Positions 36,948-49,177 of a DNA stretch of 64,000 nucleotides are shown here, in pieces. A program made the position numbers and the translations under genes. Positions within the stretch are counted from its first letter, which is position 1, and every line of letters begins with the position of its first letter. Under the pieces are notes generated by a model. That model made no database searches. It saw nothing but the letters and a program-made list of their open reading frames with translations, and was not told where the DNA came from. The stretch is from Gordius albopunctatus (Eukaryota), in NCBI GenBank assembly GCA_964276515.1, contig OZ193909.1, forward strand, positions 1,550,001 through 1,614,000, read 5' to 3'.

Positions 36948-37360
36948 CCAGCGAATTTTATGGCAAGCGACTTTTTTTAACGAGCTTGGTTATCGAGGAC
37001 TCGATAAGGCAGTTGATATTAGCTTCAACAGCTTGGCTCAAGCATTTCCCTCTGATTAAGGCGTCAAATAAATCTTCCTATTCGACCACCATTTTGGGGC
37101 CGACTACCTCGTAACCAGCAAGTATTAAATATCGGGCTTTAACAATTTCTTAATGCCATCTAAGTATGTGGGGAAATTATATTTCTTAATTGCTAATAAT
37201 GTACGTGTTAATAACGACGAAGTTGGCTAATACTACCCGAGATTTATTTACTATAAAACATGTTCCATTTTTGTATCTCATCATATAGCCCTTATATGTA
37301 TAGCCTAATGGAAGTTATCTCAGATGTGTAATTTGGGGATTAATAGTGACGTTAGGAGTG
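36948..37360 (-). pseudogene. Decayed paralog of the neighbouring fucosyltransferase (exon 2 equivalent)
   Basis: Reads KNGTCFIVNKSRVVLANFVVINTY..(fs)..PTYLDGIKKLLKPDI*YLLVTR*SAPKW versus GGPCLIVNQSEIYLADYIVIDPY..PTDLPGIKGLLKKGAKFVLMTRESAAKF in the intact gene; stops and frameshifts present. Confidence 0.7.
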
Positions 37361-39129
37361 TAAGTGTCATATGAAACCGAATCGTTATTAATTTCAACTA
37401 TAAAATCGAATTCTACGAAACGCATATTCATTAAAACTCTGTGTTTAATTATGAAATCTATCTAAGGCAAGTATTGGGGTTCAAAAAAGGTTAGTGAGCC
37501 TCATCATAGTTTTTAAATTGGTCTAAAATGCCCTATCCGGTTAGTCCCGTTTAACCCAGCCCTTCATTGCCCATATTCTTGTCGTTTTAGATATTAAAAG
37601 TAAAAACGGATAAGTCTTTATAATTCCGTTACAATTTGTAGGAATATTATTTACATATATATATATATATATTTAAAGTTTTACTATATCAATGACAATC
37701 AAAACCTATATGAAAGCGTGTCCTAAAAACATTGTCTTTAAAAGAACTCTTGTAAAATAAATCGAGGAGTACACTAATATAAATAGCTTTTTTCTTAAAC
37801 ATGTTTGAAAGGTATATTAATTTAAAAAGTATATGAAGCATGACATGGACGTTAAAATAAACAAGGCGCTATTTCTAAATCCTTAAGCCTATAAGGAAAG
37901 GTCGCCTTTTAAAATGCCTTTATGTGACACAAGATAGCTTCCTTAGTGCGAAATGTCGTGACAAAAATGTTGTTATAAAATAGATGCAAAAAATCGTTTA
38001 ATGAGTCCTCATCTTTCCACTTATATAATGTTGATTCAATGTCAATGTTTGTTTTAATATTAAGTAAAAGTATCACTATATTTTAAAAAAGCATATTTTC
38101 AATAATCTAATATGAAAGTTAGGTAATTTTCTCTATGTTGACCGTTTGAACTAGAGCACATTAAAACGATGTTTGTGCTGTAGATTTAGAATGGCTGCCC
38201 TAAGTTTTATCAAATATATCACAAGCTATGGTCATTAGTGAAAAACATAATAATTTTCTAACTATTTAATTCAACTATTTCCAATTATAAAAGGTTAATA
38301 TCCAAAATACTTATAACACCTACGTGGGCAAATGTGACAAAGTTTTATTATGGTTTAGATAGAATAGCGCAATAAAATAATTATTTTTTTATCAAAAAAT
38401 TCATATTCTAACAGCAATTATTGTCCATTAATTTATAATTAGTTTTAAATGGAAAACATTATTTTTATAGTAACTATATGAAGTGCATTCGATAGATTTG
38501 ATTAAATTTATACTGGTAAAATTAAGATCTATAAACTTTTAAGGTTAAGCATAAATATTATATAGTTTTAAAACACCATTAATAAAACGAAAAATATTAT
38601 CACAAAATGGTTGATGGCTTATAAATGATTATACATTTAAAAAAGTAATTATTTCTTATAATATTATCACGCTCAAACGGTATTCAAAAATCTTTACTAA
38701 TGATAAAAACATAGCTTTTTATTCTACGTTATGTGCTTACTATATATATGAAAGCAATAAAGTTATACAATATCCATAATTTATATGCTGTTATATTGAT
38801 GATTGAAAGGTGGCTAAATACTTAAAGTTTTTAATGATAAAATTAAAATCAAATGTCATATTTATGCAATTATAGGCATCTAATGTATGTTCAAAATTGA
38901 CAAGCTTTCATAAAATTAATCCTCTAATTTAAATATAACATTAAAGCATTACTCGAATTACGCCCCTGCTGAATACTGGTTAAAAACATGAAGTGATCTT
39001 GCTATATTCAAAATAAATATACATAATTATTATAGACATCTGATTTACTATACGACAATAACGCAAATTTTGTATAAAATGAACTAGTGAAATATTACCC
39101 TGTTAACATTTTATAAAAAAATTAACGTT

Positions 39130-41251
39130 TTATATTTTTATGTTATGAATTTCACAAGAATCCCACCAATTTAATATTTTTTGTCTTTTGGCTTGGTCAG
39201 GCATCGGATTCGATATTCGCAAATTAGTTGGGGTATTTATCGAGTCCTTGGCTAAATTACAAAGTTTGAACCAAGTGGTATGTGGAGTATTATTCCAACT
39301 CCAACTTTTAGTCCATTCTAAGTATTTTGTGTATTCCTTGAATGAAGTACCCGCAAACCTCAAATATTTAGCAAGTTCTGCGGGCTCATTAAAATCATCT
39401 ATGTGTATGTACGAATTTGGAATAGCCCATTTTTCATAACTATCTCTTTTAGTTCCTCCGACTATAGGAACGGGTCCTCTTTTGCTAAGTCGATTCCAAT
39501 ACTTCTCAGTTATGTAAGCCGGACATGACTCACTGTTTTCTATCGCTATAATAAACTTGTAACGAGACAATAGATTCTTGGTACACGTGGAATCATGGCT
39601 CATCTTCAATGAATTCTGATTTTTTAATACACATTGATTGAATAATTAGCTTTAATTTTAAAATGATAATATTTGTAAAATAGATGGTTTGTTAACTATT
39701 GTAAGCAAAATAATCCAAGCCAAGACCACTGAAGTCAATTAATTATAATATGGCGCTGGCTAAGATTTGTTTGATGCAATGTTAAAAAATAACATATAAT
39801 ATAAAACCGACAAAATGAAAATTTTAAAAATCTTTAGCAAGGTATTGATATTTGAAAGATGGAAAACAAATGAGTGACTTAGTAATTCACTTTAAATAAT
39901 TTTAAAAGCTTTTTATATACATATTATATAGATAATTATATGTACCTTTTTCAAAACCAAACATTTAGGATTTTTAAAGCATTTTCCAAACAGGTCCATC
40001 TCAGGTAAATATCGCTTTAATTCTAACACATAGTCCAACCTTTTTGCCGCTCGACAATTGCTAATTGTAGCTGATTATAAATATAAATATATAAAGAAAT
40101 GGGAAAATGAATTTGAAAACAAATTATTTGTATCAAAAGTCATATAATTAAAATTCAAGAATAATAACATCAATAAAAATAAATAGACATATTAGTAGCT
40201 TATTTTAATAATTTATTATATTTGATATTTTATTTATATTGTCTACGAAGAGTCAGCATGTTATTGATTGAAATAATTTTACCAATCATACAGTATAAAA
40301 TATTTATGTTTTAAAGGTTTAAGCGATAGTTGAAATGGTCTTAAAAGCTTTGTTAAACGTGTGATAATATTACTACAAACATAGGCTCATTACAGCTATA
40401 TTCTTTCATTAGTCTTCATGGCAAACAAAGCTATAGTACCGGCTATAAGTTTTCTATTTTTAAAGGCTTTGGTTTTGAGCTTGGGACTTTTCATATAACG
40501 AGCCTGTTTATTACGAACACCATAAGGCAAATGAATGTCGCTTCGAGGATCTATGCTAACTATATGGTCAAAATAATGCTGCCAATAGGTAATGTCAGGT
40601 GCTGGAAATTGATTTTGAGACTTTCTAACTCTAAATTTGGCCGCAGATTCTCTGGTCATTAGTACAAATTTAGCCCCCTTTTTCAATAGTCCTTTTATCC
40701 CTGGTAAATCTGTAGGGTATTCTCTGGGATTGGTATAATAGGGATCTATAACTATGTAGTCAGCCAGATATATTTCTGATTGATTAACTATAAGACATGG
40801 TCCACCTGGCTTGGATATAGATGATATGTCGTATTTGTTCATAGCACGTTTAAATGCGTCATAAAAATGACGATTCCAAAAATGAAATATTGGAACATGC
40901 AATGCATCATTAGTTTCATGGGATTTAAACATTTGAAGAATTTTATTGTATTTAAGCATTATGTAGCTATTCTTCGAATACAATTTTGAAGTGCCATCAA
41001 TGTAACTGTCCTTCGATATATCTGATATAATATCATCTTCGGGTTTACGTTCGAATCCTGTGATGCAAAAAGTAAAACAACCTTACTCTATCATCTCATA
41101 GCCCATTACTTTAATAAATAGCGAATGAAGTGATTTAATATAATTACAAATTATATACTTTACTGTAAATGAGAACTAGAACAACGTATATTATTATCAT
41201 AATGGCTGTAGATTTTGATTTCAAGCGTAGAATCCTTACGATTTTTTCCAT
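39130..41251 (-). CDS. Alpha-1,3-fucosyltransferase (GT10), type II membrane protein, ~4 exons
   Basis: Exon 1 MEKIVRILRLKSKSTAIMIIIYVVLVLIY (signal anchor); TRESA motif; ISNC..RLDYVLELKRYLPEMDLFGKC (~39946-40050); YKFIIAIENSESCPAYITEKYW, PVPIVGG, PNSYIHIDDF, LAKYL, YTKYLEW. Confidence 0.9.
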
Positions 41252-41417
41252 CAAATATATCTGTAGGATGATACAATGAAAGCTTGGCTTTGGCTTAAGA
41301 CTTCAAAACAAGGTAACACTTATTTACTAATGACGTTTCACTTGTAGAAGTTCAATTACGACATTACTTAAAAGGTTTTGCAGGTATTCAATTTAGATGG
41401 CATGACTATAATGAGGT

Positions 41418-42020
41418 TTTAAAACGACTTCCCCCATTTGACAAGCTTTGTGTATGATGTACCTTAATTTATTCATGTGTATTTTGCTTTGGCATGGTAT
41501 CCATTTAGCGTGTATAGAGGTAATGCTTATAAATATCGGGGGGGGGGGCCCTAATGGCGAAAAAAAATTTTTTTCCATGCAAAAACCCTTAAAAATTAAA
41601 AAATTTACGTTTTGCCCACCTCCCACCCCTTATCCAAAACCTAGCTACGCCCATGTATCGTGTAATACTTCATAAAAAGATGTATAATTGCGCTTTCTAA
41701 TTGATTATGGATACAAATTACAACTTTTATAGGTTGGTCGTAAAAGGTCATGATGCTTTAACTCATCTATATAAATTGCGAGTAGATAATGTAAAAAGTA
41801 TAAATATTCGCGCATCCCCTTTAAATAAATAATGAAAAAAACAAATATTTTTTGTCCTATAAATATTAATGTAAGGCTATATAACAATTTTTAGACATAA
41901 CGTGTCATATTTTCACAATTACACGTGAGATCCACGCTATTAAAAGGTCATTCTCAAAAGCTATGCTAAAATAAAGATTTAATAGTTATTGCAATTAAAT
42001 AGTCCCCTTTAAAAAACATA
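41418..42020 (+). repeat. ~450-bp direct duplication (second copy ~45615-46070); this copy carries an extra MITE at ~41538-41655
   Basis: AAAACGAC..ATTTGACAAG..TGTGTATGATGTAC ... GCTAAAATAAAGATTTAATAGTTATT colinear in both copies. Confidence 0.8.
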
Positions 42021-42517
42021 ATAGCGATGTATTACTATAAAAAACTACTTTGTAGTGAAACCATTGAATATTGAGTTCCTTTACCTCGAATGAGATTTGG
42101 TAGGGACATGGGCGTATCCAGAGGGCCCTAAATGACGGGAAAAAATTTTTTCAATGCAAAAACCGTTTAAAATTAAAAAATTTATGTTTTTCCCACCCCC
42201 CTATCCAAAACCGTAGCTACGCTACGCCCTTGGGTAAGAGAAAGAATACGTGAGTAAAAACTTGAATTTGAATGTTTATCGCAGTAACGTAGGTGACCCC
42301 CCCTCCCATGGACAACAAATAAATTGAATTTTTTTTCAAATTATACGGAAAAATTCAATGATATTAATAGGAGTCATGATAGTGTTCCGCATATAGAAAT
42401 AAGAATTTATCTTAATTAATTTGATATTTAATTTTAGATAAAATCTACTAATTCAAACACTAATAAATACAAAAATTTTCTGTCCCGTGTGCATGTTTTC
42501 TAATAGGAAGAAATTTT

Positions 42518-44830
42518 AATTGCTATGCAATTTATGGGCTCGCTTTTTGTTGTCGGTCCGTCCGTCCGTCCTTTCAACGTTCTGACTTGCTGGTTCGATA
42601 CCCGGAGAGGAAAAATTTTTTTTAAATTAAATTAATATTTTGTTCTTGTTGCCTATGCCTCTACTGATATGGGTCCCTGTGCCCCCCCCCACCAAAGCCT
42701 ATGCCTCTACTGATGTGCGTAGAATCCCGAAGAGGGCAAATTCTTAATTGCTGGTTCGATACCCGGAGAGGAGAAATTTTTTTAAATTAAATTAATATAT
42801 TTTTCTTGTTACAGCATTGATAATATGACTTTTTGACCGTGTCCTGACTACTGACCAATGGAAAAAAAACCAGGCCAAATTGTATTCGAAATTTGTTTTT
42901 TTCGTTTTTGAATTGGTATATTAGCTTAACATTAATAATGACCCCATGCCCTCCCCTACAAGTGCCTATGCCTCTACTGATATGGGTCCCTGTGCCCCTA
43001 CAAAGGCTTATGCCTCTACTGATGTGGGTTGGAATCCCAGAGATCAAATTTTTTTATTTTTTTTAAATTAATATATTTTTCTTGTTAATACCATTGATAA
43101 TATGACTTTTTGACCGTGTCCTAGCTACTGACCAATAAAAAAATGACCATTGGACAAATTGTAAATCGAATTTATTTTTTGTTGCTTATGTATTTATATT
43201 CTTTTTGACCGTGTCCTGCCTACTGACCAATGAAAAAATGACCATTGGCCAAATTGTGAATTGAAATTTTTTTTCGTCTTTTTTTGTTAATACCATTGAT
43301 AATATGACTTTTTGACCGTCTCGTGGCTGCTGACCAACCAAAAAAAATCATCATTGGCCAAAGTAGAAATCGAAATTTTTTTCTCGTTTTTTTCGTCTCT
43401 TATATATTTATATCCTTTTAGACCGTCTCCTGGCTGCTGACCAATGGAAAAACTGACCATTGGCCAAAGTATAATTTTTTATGAGTTTGACATTTTCCAA
43501 TATATAATCATCATATCATTTATTCTTAATTAATAACTTAGAATTTTTTAGGTCCAAAGTTGTTTTCCAAAAAAATATGAGTTACCGAAATAAAATGACT
43601 CCAAACCTACCATATTATGTGAAAAGATGGTTGTTTAAATACATCAATAAATTAACAATATAACTAAATAGGAATACTTATTAAGTATTAATTATTATAA
43701 CAAGCAATTTAAAGGGCCCTATGATTAGTAGGAAGCTTGATTCGTGGCAAAAAAAACAAAATTTATTACACCTAGAATTTTACCGGCTGAATATGACCAT
43801 AGTCTAAACTCTAAAGAAAGACAACATCTCACCTAAACTCAGGTCTAAGGCAAATATTCAAAATTTGGACAAATACTCTAATATATTTTTGTTAAGTTAT
43901 TGAAGAATTCATATTTTTACACTACACCTATTAACGTTAATGATTTTTTAAAATATGTCATGGGTCACCCTTTAGGTCACCCTTAAAACCAACGAGAATA
44001 TTATCTTGTCAAATTCTTTTAAGTTCATCCGCCTTTAAGAAGCTATAAAAGCACTTTTCCTTCCATCCATCTCTTTCTACCGATCACTGTGTTGCTGTCT
44101 CATCCTAGATATACGTCCTATATTTTAATCTAACCCATTTATCGATTTTTTAATTTAGTCAAGTTTTATCCGTCCTTACAACGTTCTGCCTGCTGGTTCG
44201 ATACCCGGAGAGGACAAATTTTTTTAAATTAAATTAATATATTGTTCTTATTAATACTATTGATAATATGACTTTTTGCCCTCCGCTGGCTACTGACCAA
44301 TAAAAAAAGGACAATTGGTTAAATTATAAATCAAACTTTTTTTTTCGTTTTTGAATTGGTTTATTAGGTTAACATTGATAATGACCCTATTCCCCCCCTA
44401 CAAAGGCCTATGCCTCTACTGATATGGGTCCCTGTGCCCCTACAAAGGCTTATGCCTACTGATGTGGGTTCGAATCCCGGCGAGGGCAGATTTTTTTATT
44501 TTTTATTATTTAATTAATATATTGTTCTTGTTAATACCATTGATAATATAATTTTTTGGCCGTTCGCTGGCTACTGACCAATGAAAAAATGACCATTCGC
44601 CAAAGTGAGATTAAAATCGATTTTTTTTCTTGATTATAATTATAGGCTAGTTATTTGGCTGTCTGCTAACCATTAGAAGAGTTCGTTCACCATTGGCCAA
44701 AGTCATGGAAAATTTGTATCCCCTATTTTCGCCCATAAATTACATAGCAAATATGCTACTTTTATACGGAGTATAGATGAGTTTCGTTCCCTTTCCCTTC
44801 CCCCCTTGCCACGAGGGCCGAAGGCCTGAG
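42518..44830 (+). mobile_element. Helentron/DINE-1-like non-autonomous element with internal tandem arrays
   Basis: Left AATTGCTATGCAATTTATGGGC followed by (GTCC)n; inverted GCCCATAAATTACATAGCAA at ~44731; GGCCGAAGGCC hairpin at ~44816; ~8 copies of a CTACTGACCAAT...ACCATTGGCCAAA unit. Same terminal motif at ~1826, 18463, 24232, 62574. May be two adjacent copies. Confidence 0.55.
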
Positions 44831-46813
44831 TTTATTTCTTAATTATTTCTCTAAACAACTATCTCAACCTCGAAAATAAACAATGAAGATGCTAATACAA
44901 GCGAAATTTTAATTAAGGTAATTAATTATTTTATTTTTTAAGGATTTAACATGGGTATTTAAACTTACATTAGTTCCTTGTTTATAGAGATTGCGGGCAT
45001 TATACAACTAGAGGAGAGTATAATAATAAAATACAAATAATTAATACTCAATGCAAAGGATAATTTTAAAAAGCGTTTTGCACATTTCATTCATACATGC
45101 TTCATTTTAAATCAAACTTAAAAATCGAATTTCTTTACAAATTGTGCGTGATTCTACAGTTAAAATTGATGTGGAAATTCAACTTAAAATTACTATTCCT
45201 TATTGTTTAGTAAATTCATTTTTTAAACTTTATTTTTTAATGATCATGATATAGCTAACCTTATTAAGGCAAATACAACTGGCACCGACAAAGCCGGGCA
45301 TTTATGGTCTTTCTGTTAAAAATTGCGGGCCTGGCTTGAACCAGCGTCATGGTAATAGAACAGGCTCGGGACGGGTCTAGCTATCAGTAAGGGCAAAACC
45401 TTTATATTTATAAATATAAAAATGGTTTTTTTTATGATGTTTATCAAATTTAATTATTATTCCTTATTAATTTTTGTTTGTTATTTATTCGTAAAAATTG
45501 TGATTTCTAAATATGTGGATTCCAAAAGTTTTTATTTATTAAAAAGGGGATGGCGAAAAATTAACAAAAACAGGTATATTTAGTTATATAAAATGTAACC
45601 TTATACAGTGTGGTTTTAAAACGACCTTCCCTATTTGACAAGTTTTGTGTATGATGTACACTTAATTCATTCATGTAGATTATTTTGCTTTGACATGATA
45701 TTCATTTCAAAGTTTATAGAGGTAATGCTTTTAAATATTGTGTCATACTTCATAAAAAGAGGTAATTGTGCTCTCTAATTGATTAAGGTAACAAATTACA
45801 GTTTTTATAGGTTGGTCGTAAAAGGTCCTAATATTGCTCTAACTCATCTTTATAAATTACGTGTAGATAATGATATAAAAAGCATAAATATTTAAGCTTT
45901 TCCTTTTAAATCATGGAAAAAGATATTTTTTGTCTTATAAATATTAATGTAAGGCTATATAACAATTTTTAGATATAACGTGTCATATTTTCACAATATA
46001 ATTTTTCAAAAACTGTGCTAAAATAAAGATTTAATAGTTATTAAGCAATTAAATATTCCCCTTTGAAAACAATGACGCCAATAAGTATGCGGAGTTAGCA
46101 TCAATTTTCAGTGTTTTTTCTCAATGATCGGGGAGAAAAAAGATGTAGTTACAATTTAAAACAACATATAACTGTTCGCATGGTGACCAAAGCAGCCTAG
46201 CTCTAAATTCGCTAAAATTGCCAACGGTTATTTTAACAGTGACATTTTATATATTTGAGCTTTGTCATATAAGGTATATTTAAAATATATGCCCATAAAT
46301 ATTTTACCTAATTATTTTATTCATTGATGATATCTTTTAGTGTTACAGCGTTTCTCTATTTGTTTGAACATCTTGACTTCCCTCCCGCACACTAGTAGGA
46401 GGAGAGAAAAGGGTGATCAATCAAAGCTTTCAAAAATGAACGCTCTTTTCCTCTCCTTTCTTCGCCTGCAATTTACTCCCTCCTTGACCATTTACATGCC
46501 TTCGCTACTCTTACATTATTATTTGCCCCTTTTTATAATTTTTTTCTTTTTCGTCTAAAATTTGTCTTTTTTTTGCTGTTTTTTTAAAGAGGCACTAACA
46601 ATTGGTAAAATAACCTCTTAATTTACATATTACAAATATTGGAATGTATAACTTTACTGTAAAAAATTATAGTACAAGTAAAAAAAATACAGATACACTG
46701 TAAATATTTTTAAATTTTAAGGTTTAAATTAAAATATTTATTTGATTATTAAATAAACTTTTAAATTGTTCATTCTAATTTTTTTACCAATCTCATAAAG
46801 TATAGGTTTTACA

Positions 46814-47880
46814 TAGTGCTGTAAGTGAACGCGTTCAAATTTTATGAACGCGTTCTTTTATTTTTTGGTGAACTTTGAACGTGAACGGGTTCTTTTTTTG
46901 ATGAACGCGTTCGAATTTAACGTTCGTTCAATTTTAAAAACCCTTTTTTGTTTTTATTTATTTGAAAATTAATGTCAATCAGAATTTTTAACAAAAAAGT
47001 ATTATATTTTTTGATCAGCTGTTTTTCCTGTTTCCTATTACCGATTCCGAAATACTTTTAACATACTATAGCGTGCAAAAGAAGATAAGATTAAAGTTAA
47101 TTAGTTTGATATTATTAATTATAGTTTAATTTATAGGTTAATATGGACAATCATAATATTATATCGTCGTCATCTTCAGATTCTGAATATTCAAAATCAG
47201 CAGATGAATTGAAATTGCCATGGCCAAAATATGAAAAATATTTTTCACTCGTTTTATATAAAAGAGCAAATTCAATAATTAAAATGAACCTATAAAGAAT
47301 AAACTTTTATTGTTATTGAAAAAAGGGATTGAAACCCCCAGAATTGATAATGAAAGAGCTGTCGATTCCGAGATATCATTTTTTGGCGAGGAAGTAGAGG
47401 GCGCATTGGAGGATGATATCTTGTCGCAATTTTTTGAAGCGAGGGACAAAACATTAAAAGTTTTTAATAAATTTCCTCCTTTAAAAAGTTTGTTTATTAA
47501 GTATAATACTCCAATCCCCTCATCTGCCCCTGTGGAGCAGGTTTTTAGTTTAGCTAATGCTTTATTAACTGCCAAGCGTTCCTGCTTATCAGAAGACGAT
47601 TTTGAAAAACAATTATTATTAAAAATAAATAAGAAAATAGATTATATTGATTTATAATTATATTTTCGAAATAAAACTATTATTCTTTATCATGGCTATT
47701 TATTGTATTAAAAAATATAAGGCATTTATTTATATTAAATTAAACTTTAAAAAAATGTATCATAAAATTTTGAACGAACGTGAACGCATTCCTTTTCTTT
47801 TTAGACGAACGTGAACGCGTTCGATTTTTGTCAATGAACGTTGAACGCGTTCGATTTTTTTACAAATGTTTACAGCACTA
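46814..47880 (+). mobile_element. hAT internal-deletion derivative retaining the C-terminal dimerisation domain
   Basis: TIRs TAGTGCTGTAA / TTACAGCACTA; ORF 47310-47657 FPPLKSLFIKYNTPIPSSAPVEQVFS...RSCLSEDDFEKQLLLK (hATC); TSD degenerate. Confidence 0.88.
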
Positions 47881-48466
47881 GTAATATATAATCCTCTAGG
47901 TTTAAAATTAAATTATATAAATTGCTTAGACCACTTTCAAGGTTATCCTTTACATTATATTTAAGGATACAATAAATATCTTTAGTTATTGTTTAAATAT
48001 TATCAAAGATCATCTTTTACCAAAAAAATTTTTAAATAAACTTAATATATTTTATAATACTATAACTCAAAATAATAAAGCAACATGTTTTAATATAACT
48101 TATCTTAGGAACTTAAACTGACTTTTACCTTCTTATAATGGAGTTTCAACGGAAACCAATCATACCCCTAAATTTAGAACTAGATTTTTATCATCACAAA
48201 TCCTAGGTCTAATAAAATATTGAAACGTATACTTAATATAGTATATTGAATGACAGAAAAAAATCAGGTTATTTGGCTTAATGGCAATGAATTACACAAT
48301 GACATTGATATTAAGTTTTGTAATTGTATAACCTTTATTAGACCAAATTTTACAGTTTAAGGATTATTTTGTTCAAATTGAACATTTGTCCATATGAATA
48401 TACATATCATTTGAAAAGTACTAACTTTTCTCACAGTTACAAAAATTATAAACTTTCATGTTAAAG

Positions 48467-48799
48467 ACACTCAAATACCGAGCCATTGCTCATTCTAAGA
48501 TTTTTATTCCAATAGTAGCTTCCTGTTCGGCTATTTTTGGCAAAAAAGCATTAGCTTTTTTTAAATCGATAGGAAGCAGATCCCCCAAAGCTAAATACTC
48601 ACCCAGCTTTATTTTAGGCCAAAAAATCGGCATTTTGATAGCTAAACATAATTACAAATCTTTATCTGACACATGGCCCCCCGTGTTGGCTATTGACGAA
48701 TGTGATGAATATTTTTTTTTATTTATAATATTATTTTATGCTCGTTTATTGTATATTTCATGTATCAATTTTACCGAATAAAAGCATTTTAACGTTTAA
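48467..48799 (+). mobile_element. 5'-truncated CRE-like LINE insertion with 26-bp TSD
   Basis: AAAAATTATAAACTTTCATGTTAAAG duplicated at 48441-48466 and 48800-48825; insert encodes KY..FIPIVAS..FG..ALAFFKSIG..QKIGILIAKHN (CRE C-terminus); AATAAA near the 3' end. Confidence 0.85.
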
Positions 48800-49177
48800 A
48801 AAAATTATAAACTTTCATGTTAAAGGGCCACATAAATTCAGTTAATAATTCCTTTGATCTATTCAACCTTTACATTATATAATAGTTTCACCATCCTTAT
48901 AAAACAACAAAATTTATACTAGCAAGCAAACATCGGGTCTAATGACAAATCAAATAAACGATCAAATTTAGCAAGATTGGACCTGACCTACTACAAACAA
49001 AAATATTAAAATCAAATCTTTAAATTTTCTCATAGACGAAAGCAAAATACAAAGCAAATATCTAAATTCCACTAAGGCTAAAATATAAATTGCCAAGGTC
49101 GTACAAAATCATGAGTCAATGTGCATACTTTTATAAAAACAAACTTCAACGAATGAGCGTGTGATTTAATGATAATT

